Positions 51,009 to 64,000 of a stretch of DNA of 64,000 nt are shown in pieces; the stretch's first letter is position 1, and each line of letters opens with the position of its first letter. The stretch comes from Styela clava (taxonomy: Eukaryota), in the NCBI RefSeq assembly GCF_964204865.1, contig NC_135261.1, forward strand, positions 15,376,001-15,440,000, written 5' to 3'. Made by a program: the position numbers and the translations under genes. Under the pieces are notes generated by a model. The model worked only from the letters and a program-made list of their open reading frames with translations. It did no database searches and was not told where the DNA came from.

Positions 51009-54000
51009 ATGAAGAACGTTTTGCCCAGAGAATATGGATATGTGGCGCTGACTGGAACAGCAGCATGGGCGTTAATGATGTGGATGAGTGTTATTAATGT
51101 GAACAAAGCCAGGAAGACATATAATGTGCCGGTAAAATTTTGATATAATTACCGTGGTCTGATTTAGCAGATGAGTACCAGTACGGTACGGTACCATAAC
51201 ATACCCGTCATTGTACTAATCGCGCAGTTAGGCATAATGGTTTAAATAAAAATACGCAGGCTACGGTCTCGTGTAGTTTCGTACCAAACTTCTAAAGGGC
51301 GTAGCATAACAATTTTTTGACATATCAATCCTAACCCTTATCTGACTACGCCATCACAATCACGTCATAAAGCTTGTCAAATATAAGTCTGATCGCCCGA
51401 AATAGCATCAGCGCCGAGGATACTATTTATACCGATATTTACTAATTTTGATGTAAAATTCCTGTTTGGGCCATGTTTAACAAGATATTATTATATGTTT
51501 CCGACTTACAATTTTTCTCAAACTTGGTTCGAGGTTACTTCACAATATGTTCTTCTAGGATATTTTATTCAAAAGTGGGGTACGTAATCGAAAAGTACAA
51601 AATTTGGGGTTGAAATACTGATATTTATTAATTTTGATGTAACATTACTGTTTGGGCCATGTTTAACAAGATATTATTATATGTTCCCGACATACAATTT
51701 TTCTCAAACTTGGTTCAAGGTTACTTCACGATATGTTCTTCTAGGATATTTTATTCAAAAGTGGGGTACGTAATCGAAAAGTACAAAATTTGGGGTTGAA
51801 ATACTGATAGATAGATAGATAGATAGTTTATTTCGAAAACTCCATAACAAACCTAAATTTAAAATGGAGAATTCTGGAGGGCAAGCAAAACCTACAAAAA
51901 AGTTTAAAACATGAAGTATCTCATGTGCCTGCCCACCAGCACGCACACAAAAACACAAGCCCAATTAAATGAGGCTTGGGCCAAACTTAAAAAACAAAAT
52001 ACACGATAGTAATAAACTTTCGGGCTGTTGTACTCTCTTTCAACAATTACGTTGATAATGACCAATACCTACAACTTCATGCAAAGATAATATGGGGAGT
52101 GGAATGTAATAAATTTGCGACGATAGTCATACTCATGAAGCCATGAAAGCTTTAAGAAAAACCAAGCCATGAAAAACTACACTGATAGCTAGATTGGGCA
52201 TTGCGGAAAAGGTGATAAGTGGTTTAATATACAAACAAACGCAAAACCATGGCGGCAAATTCGGTGTGCGGACACTCATAAAAACAATTATTAGGAAAAA
52301 CACTAATCACACGTGAGCAGGTCTGTAGCCTAATGGATACATTGACGTGGCCAACATTGTTAAAACAGTACCGGTATACACACAGAGAGAACAAATCAAA
52401 AATATGCCACTAAATGAATGTTTAAAAATGTTACACTGCAAACTATTTACACATATATAGTTGAATACTCAGTATTCAAGCGGAATTTCTAGAAATAGCA
52501 GTATATCATACTCTTTGTCACAAAATAAAATATCTGAATCAATCCCTGTTGTATTCATCTTTCGATTCTGTTATGATGTCCGTATGTTGCCTTTATGCTG
52601 CCATGTAATTTCATATTTCGGCCTTTACTTGTTGATATTCCTTAAGTGCTGGTTCATTGTTGTCAATCTAATCTTTCTGCGCCGTTCAAAAATGCGACCG
52701 CACCCGACGACTGCCAAACACAAACTTTAAATCCAATCTTTTATCCATAAACTTCTTTAATTCCGGTGGATGGGCCTTCGGTGATATTTATTAATTTTGA
52801 TGTAACATTACTGTTTGGGCCATGTTTAACAAGATATTATTATATGTTCCCGACATACAATTTTTCTCAAACTTGGTTCAAGGTTACTTCACGATATGTT
52901 CTTTTGTGATATCTTCTTCAAAAGTGGGGCACGTAATCGAAAAGTCCAAAATTTGGGGTTAAAATACTGATATTTATTAATTTTGATGTAAAATTCCTGT
53001 TTGGGCCATGTTTAACAAGATATTAATATATGTTCCCGCCTAAAAAATTTTCCTCAAACTTGGTTCGAGGTTACTGCACAATATGTTCTTTTGGGATATT
53101 TTATTCAAAAATGGGGCACGTAATCGAAAAGTCCAAAATTTGGGGTTGAAATACTGATATTTATTAATTTTGATGTAAAATTCCTGTTTGGGCCATGTTT
53201 AACAAGATATTATTATATGTTCTCGACATACAATTTTTCTCAAACTTGGTTCCAGGTTACTTCACAATATGTTCTTTTGGAATATTATATTCAAAAGTGG
53301 GGCACGTAATCGAAAAGTCCAAAATTTTGGGTTAAAATGCCGATATTCACTAATTTTGATGTAAAATTCCTGTTTGGGCCATGTTTAAGCGTTTTAGCAG
53401 GGTTAACAGGATATTAATATATGTTCCCGACATACAATTTTTCTCAAACTTGGTTCAAGGTTACTTCACAATATGTTCTTCTAGGATATTTTATTCAGAA
53501 GTGGAGCACGTAATCGAAAAGTACAAAATTTGGGGTTGAAATACTGATATTTATTAATTTTGATGTGAAATTCCTGTTTGGGCCATTTAACAAGATATTA
53601 TTATATGTTCCCGACATACAATTTTCCTCAAACTTGGTTCGAGGTTACTTCACAATATGTTCTTTTGGAATATTTTATTCAAAAGTGGGGCACGTAATCG
53701 AAATATCTAAAATTTTGGGTTAAAATGCCGATATTCACTAATTTTGATGTAAAATTCCTGTTTGGGCCATGTTTAACAAGATATTAATATATGTTCCCGA
53801 CATATAATTTTTCTCAAACTTGGTTCGAGGTTACTTCACAATATGTTCTTCTAGGATAATTTATTCAAAAGTGGGGCACGTAATCGAAAAGTACAAAATT
53901 TGGGGTTGAAATACTGATATTTATTAATTTTGATGTAAAATTCCTGTTTGGGCCATGTTTAACAAGATATTATTATATGTTCCCGACATACAATTTTTCT

Positions 54001-55443
54001 CAAACTAGGTTCGAGGTTACTTCACAATATGTTCTTTTGTGATATCTTCTTCAAAAGTGGGGCACCTAATCGAAAAGTACAGAATTTGGGGTTAAAATGC
54101 CGACATTTATTAATTTTAATGTGAAATTTTTTTTTTTGGCCATGTTTGACAATGTATTATTATATGTTCCCAACATATAATTTTCATAAAACTTGAATTA
54201 GGATGACTTCAATATAAGTTTTTTTTATATCAACTTCAAAAATCTGCCTGGCCATCGGAAATTACAGATAAGTTTTGTGTAATTTTGAGTGTAGCAAAAT
54301 TGCGCCGTAAATCTGGCAAGTAGTTTGCGACTAGCTTTCCTTTTTTCCGTCGCGGCATTTAAGTGCCATGTTAAATCGTTTTCTGGCAACGCTATTTTAC
54401 CGTTCCGAAAACGAGAGAGATGTCCGCTGAGAGATGTCTGCTAGGGTAACCTTGGTATGTTAAGTACGAAAGTACATGAGACCCCGATATTCATCAACCA
54501 AATATTAACTAATAACTGCTGAAATAGACGATGGGTTTTCCATTTGATCGACCCTGCTTTTTTTTGACCATGATGCATCCTGGTCTAGCCTGAAAATTTC
54601 TTCAGGTTGAATCGTTCAGTGCTAGTTACTTTTTTCAGGACTTTTTCACCAGACCTGCAGACTGAGACCCTACAGCCCTGAGTGCCCTTCACTCAAACAT
54701 TAATACCCTAAAGCAATACATTTTTTCATTATTCACTCATCCCATAATTGCATCAAGTCTCTAGCACCTCTCCCAATTCTGCAATTGGCAGTTCTAACTC
54801 ATTTACCACCCAGAACCTTTCAAATGTTTCTAACTTAGCCTTTGTTTCAGTTCCCAAAAATGTACAGTGATGAAAATCAGATATTCAATTGCATCCAACG
54901 TGCTCACCAGAATACCGTAGAGCAACTGCCACAATTCTTATTTCTGCTTGGTCTTGGTGGAGTACAACATCCGGTAAGATTTCATAATGGACAAAATGAA
55001 TTCAACTGATCTCTCTGAAATTCGATGTAGAGTTTCCGTTAGCAGCAAATATGCAGTGACAGGGTTGACAAAGTCTGGTGGCAATGTCGATAAGCTTAGT
55101 CAATTGAAAATGTTCGAACATTTCACTTTTGTGGAGTGGTCAGTGAAACACAAAATGTATCCGTTTGATATGTTGCTATATGCAAACTCCGTCTGCAACT
55201 CTACCTCGGCATTGAAAGATGGGAGGTAATAATTTTAAATCGAGGTCTTTGTCTCATCTTTTTTAGAAATTCGCATCTGCATGTGGAATGCTTTGGGTAC
55301 TGGGGCGCATTGCTTATGCAAAAGGATACTATACGGGCAATCCAGCTAACAGGACAAGGGGAAGATTTGGACATTTTGGAATGCTGGGACTGGTCGGTTC
55401 TACAGTATCATTTGCTCTTCATCAGCTAGAAATTTTAGATTGA
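51009..55443 (+). CDS. MGST3: Microsomal glutathione S-transferase 3 (MAPEG family); exons 51009-51131, 54851-54973, 55267-55443
   Basis: LPREYGYV...KARKTYNVP|FPKMYS...[11 protein letters not shown]...[12 protein letters not shown]; phase-0 GT-AG introns. Confidence 0.95.
51432..54265. repeat. 186-bp tandem array (~10 units) in MGST3 intron 1, split by an insertion
   Basis: Unit landmarks at 51434, 51620, 51806 | 52783, 52969, 53156, 53342, 53546, 53730, 53916, 54102. Confidence 0.95.
51807..52782 (-). mobile_element. Retroposon (5'-truncated LINE or SINE) inserted into the tandem array
   Basis: Minus strand ends aataaa(ctat)n; tgata duplicated at both junctions; the array resumes at the same unit position. 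Confidence 0.65.
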
Positions 55444-55799
55444 GAAAATGGTCTCTTTGCCTATATAACATTGAAGAAACGTGCAACTTGTACGTGAATG
55501 ATAATCTCATAACCTGAGTAATTAATGTAATGTCCTCACAATGAAATTACATTTATCACAAGTCAAATGTCATCAAAGGTGCCACATATTGGCTCTTCTA
55601 ATCCATATCGAGGTTTCCTTTTTTTATGCAGTTAGTGAATTGAATACCTAATCCTGCATTTCCACACGATTAGATTACTGGCAATGTAAGTTCCTCGCAT
55701 ACTATAATTATCAAGTACTTTTTCTTTTATTTGAAATTGCTATTATTATGCAATATTTGTTCTCAAAATTACAATGCTAATTCAATATAGTATTTCTTC

Positions 55800-56227
55800 A
55801 GTAGAACCTTTTTGGTCAAGAGAGCCATAAAATAAACATATTTTCAATTGCATTTCCGTGCAAGCCATATGACATTTCTTCACTTAATCAGGCCTGAAAT
55901 GTTTACTCAAAAGTCAACACATACAATGTGATTTCTGATGCTGCATGTAGTCGCTGCGGGCCTTGAACAGTTGCTCACTTGCAGTTGCAGCCCAAGTTGA
56001 AATCTACGGTACTCATCACCCTTTTTCGTTTAGGCATCTCCGTAGTGTTTATAAAACTCTTGTCGCTTAATGCCTATCTGGTGATTATCTTACATAACAT
56101 AAACATGTGCTGGGTGCGCGTTCTCAAACGTATTGGGAATTTCCTGCCAAAATTGGCTATAAAAGTGTTTGAAATCTCGTAACAATAGTAATAGATTTTT
56201 CTGGGAGCCACGGGTTCCCGATCCCTG
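55800..56227. mobile_element. Degraded hAT-like MITE
   Basis: Right end gggagccacgggttcccgatccctg; gagcca subterminal motifs. Confidence 0.45.
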
Positions 56228-56429
56228 ATCTACACCTTTAAGATCAAGACGACAAGCTATAAATACTGCAAATTTCGATCGTTTTTACAATATAATGTAT
56301 TAGAGAAGTATCGCGTCAGTACAGAAGCAATAAGATGAAGCTGAAATTTGAAATCATTCTGCAACAGTATCACAGGATTGTTATTAATCAAGCCAATCGG
56401 GTTATCCATGTCATGAGGCAGTAATTAAT

Positions 56430-59400
56430 TCAAAATCTTTCTGAAACCCTTCCAGCAACAGACCTTAAATTTCCATATACTTTTGAAGGAGGACTACCGA
56501 GGATTAAATTACAAATAGCAGTTCTGGCTAATCTGATGTTCTGATACGATCCCAAAATGTGAATATGCCTGTTGAACAAAAGATAAAAATTTCACCAAAC
56601 AGTTATGCATGCCCTGATAAAGAACATGGATTGGTATACGACTATGTCAATTATTACTGAGTGAAATCATGAATTCACAACAAAAATGATCAACTTGTTG
56701 TTTCAATTTTAATCTGCAGTGTGAAAGTGAAGATTTGAAATGTACTTACGAATCAGCTAATACAATTCTCGATTTCGTAACATTCTCAATTGTGAATTTT
56801 GTTCTTCCACCAGAACCAGCTACCCTACCAATAGCTCTTGATAAATGATCTCCTTTTAACGGCTTAACTGAAAAAAAAATATGAACAAATGAAGCCGAAG
56901 AATCTGAAAATATTTTCAAAAATCAACAACAAATACAGGATTGGAGTTGAATTGAGCTTGGTAAAAACTAAATTACCACTAAGATTCATTAACCAGCTAA
57001 CAATATAGTTACAAAAAGTGACCCCCAAAAACAGAACCCAGGTCAATTAAAACATATTCTATAGAGAACATAACATATGTGCAAAGAATCCCAGATTAAT
57101 AAACAACATGGTCATTACACAGCTCATAAAGGATGTGTGTTACCTAATTTTCATTTACTGTTATTCTGTTTAAAGCAAATTTAATCACACATAAAGAATA
57201 TATGCAACATTGATGATACTCACCGTCTGTAACCTGAAAAGATTCAAGAAAAAGTTCATCAAGCCTAACAAGCGCAAGTGCATCTTCAACAGTGAAACCT
57301 AATATAAACGCTTTGACAAAATCTGCACCTCGTTGTAATGCTCCAATATCTGTAGTTTGTTTGCAAGTCTTGAAAAGAATTATAAAAATATTATAATAAA
57401 ATCAAAGGTTATTGCCTTGTATATTGTTTATTATGCTGATAAGTTTGAGTAAAAAAATTGGGGGAAAGCCAATTATATTCTCCCTAATGTAGCTGCCCAA
57501 CAGGTATTGTAGATACCGTAATCAATATTCAAATTGACAAAATTATTGTATTCGACCAAAGACTAAAAATCTGATATTAGCGATCACAAAATAAATGAGA
57601 CTGATAAATTCAACAAGCAATTATTAATGATCAAGGATTTTGAATAGAAATGATGATTTCCAAAATAGACGGTACTATAGCAAGCTCTATGAAAAGAAAC
57701 AACTGGCTATTGTACTTTGGACAGTTGAATTGTATTTAATGTTGTTATATCAATCATAAAATAGGTAACTGATTAGTTCACATCATTTATACAGTTGAAC
57801 CTCGATAGTTTTCAAGAATCTAACACAACCGACAAATAAAATTTGGAATTGAAATATGATGTCCAGATTTTCTTCTAGAACAAAATCATCATGAAACGTA
57901 GAGAAAGGATGATTTATTCACCTGTAATTCTACATTCCTAGTTTTGAGGTTAAATCTTATCTGTAACTTGAGTTGTTCAACAACAGGAGAATATATTTTT
58001 AACCAATTTTCTTTCAATGGTGAATATCTGTTAGCTGGCACAGGAATTTTTCTGAAATCTTTCTTTCCATCCTGGTGAAATAATATAATCCATTAAAGCT
58101 TCTTCAAAAAAAGAATAAATAGTAATGAAAACGTTAACCTAGAACTGTAGAACTAACATTTTGAAAGACATTCCCATGCCAGAACCGGACTAGTAAGCCT
58201 GAAAAGTTTATCCTGCACCACCTTTTTAACACAATATCAGTATACTCTATTATCCCAATCGTTACCAAGAGCAAATCATACTACTGTACTGTCATATTTA
58301 AAAGAAGGGAATACAATAAGGCAGCTTATTCATATGGAAACCACAGCATTTCGTCCGGTTATCAGCCAGTCTGGATTTCATGGCCTTTTCGAACGAGAAA
58401 TCGGGCGTGCAATCAGAAATTCCCGTGTGCAAATAAGAATTTCTGGCGTGCAAAACAACTGCGCCCGCTAAACTGATTTCGAACTAAGATACCTCTCAAT
58501 ACATCCGCGTAAAAATAAGTTGGATCATAGCAAAAATGGACGTTTGACCTTTGACCCCCAAAACATCATTTCTATATTTTGTCACTAATTTTGAAAGTGT
58601 TTGTGCGAGAGAGAGTAGATACCGGTACTGTTCAGTACATCCGTGTAAAATTATTGTATTAAAAATACGCTGAATCAGAGCCATAACTGGCCAGCGTCGG
58701 TGAGGAGGCGATTTTTCTCACGGGATTCCTATCATTCAACACGATATGGTGATTTTTGCTTCGCATTTTTCGATCAGGCCAAATCTTGCGAGCAAGTATT
58801 AGTCGACAATTGTAAAGTTATAATTTTTTGGCATTTTTATATTACTAGATTATTGATTTAAAAACTATTTAAACCGATTTACATTGGTGAGCAATTGCAA
58901 ATTTTCGGCGTGCAAAATTGAATTCGCTCGCGTGCATTTTTGTGGAGCGCTAGCGCCCTCGGGCGTGCATCTGCCATGGAATCCAGTCTGGGTTATCAGT
59001 CCAAGTCGATTAGGGCAATAATTTCATGAGTTGTTTTAAACATATGCAGACATCTGGACATGGGCGAAAGAAGCTATAACTGTATAACCACCCATCGGGC
59101 AGCCCAGCAATCCTCTCACACATAATCATTCCCCACAGGATTCGAATCCATGCAATGTAATCAAAGATGCCATTACAAGCGTATTCCTATCAAAGCATCG
59201 ACTAGCATGATGCACGAACCACTGGGCCAAGGCCGTCATTATTATTCGTTTATAGTCCATCCTCACTCAGTGTAAAAACAAAGCACTGTAGTTCTAAAAA
59301 CTTTTGCAATTAAGGGATGGAAGGCTCATTAAATAATGATTTTTAAATTATCCTGATTTCAGGATTTTTAATCAGTTCAAACCCGGTAAGTAGCAATAGA

Positions 59401-59598
59401 ACCATTTCAAGAAATCAAAGTTTCAGTATTTAATACCACTATATCATTAAATTAGTTATTTACCAATAATTTGTCCCCACTTATCTGTGGAAAATGTGGT
59501 CTTTTGATCGTGGGTCCCGAATCATCCATCTCCATCTTTCTTTTAGATTTCATTTTTCTACTCCGAACGGTTTTGAATTCTTCGCTTTCTCCCGACAT
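56430..59598 (-). CDS. PNO1: RNA-binding protein PNO1/Dim2; exons 59598-59464, 58071-57922, 57368-57224, 56867-56750, 56568-56430
   Basis: [57 protein letters not shown]. Confidence 0.96.
58366..58991. mobile_element. Non-autonomous TIR element (probably hAT) in PNO1 intron 1
   Basis: TIRs CCAGTCTGGATTTCATGGC / GCCATGGAATCCAGTCTGG; 8-bp TSD GTTATCAG; gcgtgca subterminal repeats. Confidence 0.88.
59057..59237 (-). mobile_element. Degraded copy of the tRNA-derived SINE
   Basis: Minus strand tggcccagtgg...ggaatacgct...ggattcgaatcc...gagaggattgctgg. Confidence 0.7.
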
Positions 59599-60323
59599 TT
59601 TATGTGAATTTATTAGATAAACGGTATGCAAAAAAGCAACCAGGCCGATGCTAAAACTGTAAGATGGCAGAAACGAACAACAGGACAATCGATTTTCTGA
59701 AAATCGCTCAGCTCAGCGAACATGTGTGTAGCCACGGATGAATGCGTTGAGATATCGGGGCGAGAATGTTACATTTGCGAGAAAACGGTTTCACGATACA
59801 GTTTCATCAGAGCCGTTATATATTCGTAAATATATAATGGCTCTGGTTTCATCGTGAACATAAAAAAGAATTTTTTTTTGGTAAGAAATACCCAAAAAAT
59901 GCTGGCATACAGCGTAGTTAAAGCCCACTGAATATCGATAGCAATATTCCAAATACTCAATTAAGAAGTATCAAATATACGAGAATACAAAGTTTGTGCT
60001 ATTTTTGTAGTTGGCTGTATTTATTCATTTGTTTTTGTTAGATAATATGGACCCCAACGGTACGCAATGATAAACAAATTGAATGTACCTCCAACCTAAC
60101 TTCATATCGACCCATTCTCTTTGGGATCAGGAAAATATTGATTTTTTTTATATCCTCGCTAAGTTATTTGAATGGGATTTTGTATTCCCCCAATAAAATA
60201 AAAATTCCACTCCTATTTGAAAGGCTTCGTGGTGAGAGAGAACATTTATTTTTTCGTCGAACCAGAAAACATGATGATACAATAACAAATAATAATAAAA
60301 CAACATATAATGCAATATTAATT

Positions 60324-60552
60324 ACAAGAGAGCTATGCTCAAATATATGGACACGTAGAGTTACATAATTTTGATGACGTCATAGCAGAAAAAAAAGTAA
60401 TAGCCTTCTGGAGAAAATTTTTATCTTTAACCACTGAAAATTTCAAAGCAATTGGTCCAGTATTCGAAGAGAAAAGCGACTTTTTAAAAACGTGTCAAAG
60501 AACAAGAACATATATATTGAAACGATCGTTATGTCCACTACGTGTCCAATAA
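60324..60552. mobile_element. Second copy of the 50537 element
   Basis: Near-identical caagagagctatgctcaaatatatggacacgtag...acgtgtccaataa. Confidence 0.8.
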
Positions 60553-60567
60553 ACGAAATAATTGTTG

Positions 60568-60992
60568 GGTCCTCTAAATCCGTTAGGAATACGCTCGACA
60601 CCACACCGGGTTCGAATCTCATGCTGGTATAATTATGCGTGCAAGATTGCTAGACTCCTCGCCGCGGAATAAGGGTGATTCAAATAACCGCTGGTCTGTT
60701 ACGGTTTTTTTCACCATCAAGTGAACCATGCATATGACAAATAAATGGCTAGCTAATCCCATAACATATTATGGTCGTATCGTTATCACCCAGTAATCAA
60801 CCGAAAACTGCATTATGTAACGTCCAATTATATATTTACTATTGTATTGAATCATCACGTTTTCTGCTTTGACGAAAAAAATAAATTCTCTTTCACCCGA
60901 CAGGGACTTGTAACCGGAAGAGATGGTCATATATTTAAGCCGTTTTGTTTGATTTTCTCTCTCCAGAGATGAATATGTAAATCCTATCCTAT
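60568..60992 (+). mobile_element. Degraded tRNA-SINE copy with an internal insertion
   Basis: ggaatacgctcg, ggttcgaatct, taaccgctggtc, tail atgtaaatcctatcctat. Confidence 0.75.
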
Positions 60993-61608
60993 CTTAATTG
61001 TTATATGTGGCGTATTCAAGGTACATGGCCGTCGTTTGGATAAGATATTGTAATGAAATAAATTCAAATTGGAAATAATTGAAACTAGATTTTCTACTCG
61101 AAAATAACTGCATGTATTTCAATTCAACAATAGTCCTTAAAAATCTTTAATCAATGATCGAGGGGACGTAAATTTTAAGGAACATAAGTCTCCGTTAACG
61201 TAAATAGAATCAACATCAAGACTGAAGTCCATCAATCTTTCCTTCCAAATTAGGGAACCTATTGGAGGGACACTGAAGAGGCTTCTGTGTTATTGTGTAC
61301 AGTGTTTCGTAAACTACCATAGCTTAATTTCAACTGGGCTGAATCTGTTGATGCTCTGTTTCAGCAACCATTATAAGCTTGAAGATAAAAAATAATAATA
61401 ATTTCACACGCAAAGTCGAAATTTTCATCAAATTTTTTTACAGAAGAAGCAAAAAATGCAATATTCATATCCACAGACTTTCTATCGCTATTCGAATATT
61501 AGAAAATTTCAAATAATACAAGGGCGGCAGTGACATATCGGAATGAAGGTACCATAACAGGTTAAATGCACTGTTTCATCAATTGCAACATGCCCGATAC
61601 CAGAGCTT

Positions 61609-62130
61609 CTACTTTAAGTGATAGCCCTTCATCAAGTTCACCAGCACAGCCTGAAATAAAGAAATACAAGATGAAACTATCAAATATATACAAAAACTAA
61701 TCTTAACGCTTTGCTTTATAAGAGTATTTTGCTTTATAAGAGTAAAGCAAGGTCACACACACACGGGAACTCGCTCAAAAATTGTGCGGATTGATCTCTG
61801 AGCAAAGTAAGCAGCAACCACGAATACCAAGTATTTTATGTGAAAAATATACACTCACTGAACAAATATTAGCGAGCATGGTGAAGAAATTTAAATTTCA
61901 TTGACTCATTTAGAGACACCAATTAAATGGTATATATTTATGATAAAAATATGCTAAACAACAGTTTACTCAATTGTTTTCTACGCTCATACCATCACAG
62001 TCCATTTTCTGTTTTCAGCTTCTTGGTAAACCAGAGATTTTTTGGAATAGAAAACTTCATCATCAACTTCTTCTGGTTTTCGTGGAAGACAATGAAGAAA
62101 ACACCAGTCATCTGCTGCACCCTTGCACAT
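61609..62130 (-). CDS. OTC: Ornithine carbamoyltransferase, last two exons (62130-61993, 61650-61609); the 5' part lies beyond the window
   Basis: [39 protein letters not shown]|[13 protein letters not shown] with the FLHCLP ornithine-binding motif. Confidence 0.93.
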
Positions 62131-62259
62131 CTAAGAAAATATTAATACAGACATTTGAATAAAAATATTGATTCACATTCATAAATTTGGAAACCAATGC
62201 TTCGCCCCTGATTTAATATTCGAGTTAGCGCCGAAGTTGGAAATGCTTATGTTCTAACC

Positions 62260-62574
62260 CAGGGCTTCCTAAACTTCCAAGCTCGCAACCCCTTCCAATT
62301 TGTTGAAATTTTATGCAACCCCCTATTCAGAAGAGCATGCCGCTTATCGGGTCTCACAATCAAAGTCGTCATTGTTAGGCAAGTGCGCTGCTTCTCTGAT
62401 CCTAGGTATTATCTCGAAATCGTAAGATTCATGTTTTCCATTAGTTTTAATAATTGTGTTTTGAATTAAAAGTACAATAGATAAAGTACTTTGTATGCAA
62501 TTGGTGCTCTTTGCGACCCCTAAAAATTTTTGCATGCCCCTTTGGGGTCGTGACCTCCAGTTTGGGAAGCCCTG
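62260..62574. mobile_element. hAT (Buster) MITE, 315 bp, in an OTC intron
   Basis: TIRs CAGGGCTTCCTAAACT / AGTTTGGGAAGCCCTG; perfect TSD TTCTAACC. Confidence 0.92.
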
Positions 62575-62876
62575 TTCTAACCCAATAACTAGTATGTATG
62601 TGTAACGAAATAAATTATGCTGAAATGAGAAGATTAAGTCAAAAAACATAGTTTCACCATACCTAGAAGCAAAAAAGTGAAAACCTTTCAAAAAAAGATA
62701 TAATAAATGGGCATGTGTTCAAAAATCTAATGTCAATAATATCGTATTTAGTTACTAACAATATTTGTTGCAAAAGTTAAATATTCTCTTCAATTTTAGC
62801 TGTTTTATGAAGTTGCATCAGCCTGTTACTGGTCTTGTATAATAAATTCAATGACCAAATCACAGTGTATCGCAGG

Positions 62877-63888
62877 TAGGGCCGTCTAAGCGAACCAAAT
62901 ATTCGAAATCGAATCGCTAAGATTAGGTACATAAAGCGGAAACCACCTTTGCAGGAAGTTTTAGAGTTTAGACCATTCTCGCTCCAGGCTTAATTGGTTT
63001 CCCGATATTTCTCTCGCCTTCATTTTGTGATAAACATGTCATTCCTAATGCCCGCCCGGTGGCACGTGATTAGCCATTTTATGCATGGTCATCATAACTT
63101 AAAAGTTATCAGTAATGACGTTTTTGAGAGAGAACATGGAGAAAAAGGCAATTTAGAAAACATAGTTCTATAAATAGAATCTATTTGAAGCTGTTAAGTC
63201 AGTTATCATAGGAACTTGCTACAGGCAACTCAAAGCTGAAACAGGTGTTCTGGGATCCTTATGATGGCAACACCTTCTTTCAATAGAATTTGTAATTTCT
63301 TATACTGGCAATACTGTATTATCCATCTTTATACCAAGACAAATAATTGCACTCTTGAATTTTGATGGCTGTTTTACACTAACAATATTATAGTCATCAA
63401 ACTAGCTTCGAAATTGTTAAACGCAATTTTGAATTTGAGCAACAGTTTTATCTATATTAATGGTTGTTATTATTTTGCTGAAAATTACACAAAAAAACGT
63501 CACCCTAGTGAATAGGATTAAAATAGCATCTACAGGCTTTAAATGTCCTATTAAAACTGAATCCATTAGAATTGAGATTGCAATTTTTGAATTGTGCAAT
63601 TTTTGCTCTTAAATCTCAACAGTTTGAGACCCAAATTTTGGAGTCCTCCAATTTGTTTGACCAGTTCATACAAATGTGTGATCTCCTTTCATAAATCTGA
63701 AAACATTGTATTGCAAAATACCAGCAGTAAGTAAGATGTAACTGCACATACGTCACCACAACATCGAAGGGCAGACGTTTATTGTATAATAGAGACAGAT
63801 TTAGGATTGCGCAATATTATTCGATTATTCGGTTCATTTCAAAATATTCGATTCGAATCAAAAAATTATTCGATTTTGGACAGCCCTA
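62877..63888. mobile_element. Non-autonomous hAT element, 1.0 kb, in an OTC intron
   Basis: TIRs TAGGGCCGTCTAA / TTGGACAGCCCTA; ttcga subterminal repeats; perfect TSD ATCGCAGG. Confidence 0.9.
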
Positions 63889-64000
63889 ATCGCAGGAACA
63901 AACAGTGATGAAGTCTGAGTAACAATGTGAGAAAAACTTGCAAACACACATCAACAACTGTGCATCAGCAGAAAATCCACAATGAGAAAGTTTTAAATGT

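Noticed and set aside
51432-54265. CRISPR-like array
   Set aside because: Units are contiguous 186-bp repeats without unique spacers, in a eukaryotic intron, with no cas genes
61255-61378. Selenoprotein-like in-frame TGA (YNGC-TGA-NRAST...) on the minus strand
   Set aside because: OTC terminates normally at 61609; there is no homology or SECIS evidence, so this is probably UTR

Overview
AT-rich eukaryotic (metazoan) genomic DNA with spliceosomal GT-AG introns. The compact genes, intronless ciliary genes and repeat types suggest an invertebrate chordate such as an ascidian (inference). Nine protein-coding genes can be traced by hand: PIGS (+), an intronless C6orf118-like gene (-), intronless SPATA17 (-), a claudin (-), a 17-exon MUC13-architecture transmembrane mucin (+), a p24alpha/TMED4/9/11-like gene (-), MGST3 (+), PNO1 (-) and the last two exons of OTC (-). 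The rest carries decayed LINEs, a tRNA-derived SINE family, several hAT-type non-autonomous elements with perfect 8-bp target-site duplications (TSDs), Helentron/DINE-1-like short elements, a foldback palindrome and a 186-bp tandem array inside an inverted-repeat-bounded element. The most interesting signals are (1) a claudin whose third-exon donor switches between a canonical short -GKYV tail and a long acidic/His-rich tail ending -GFV, (2) a probable SPATA17-C6orf118 ciliary operon under an RFX X-box, and (3) a mucin with a furin-cleavable N-terminal segment, glycosaminoglycan sites and a tyrosine-rich, PDZ-ending tail. No prokaryotic systems or CRISPR arrays are present. All coordinates were counted by eye and may be off by a few bases.
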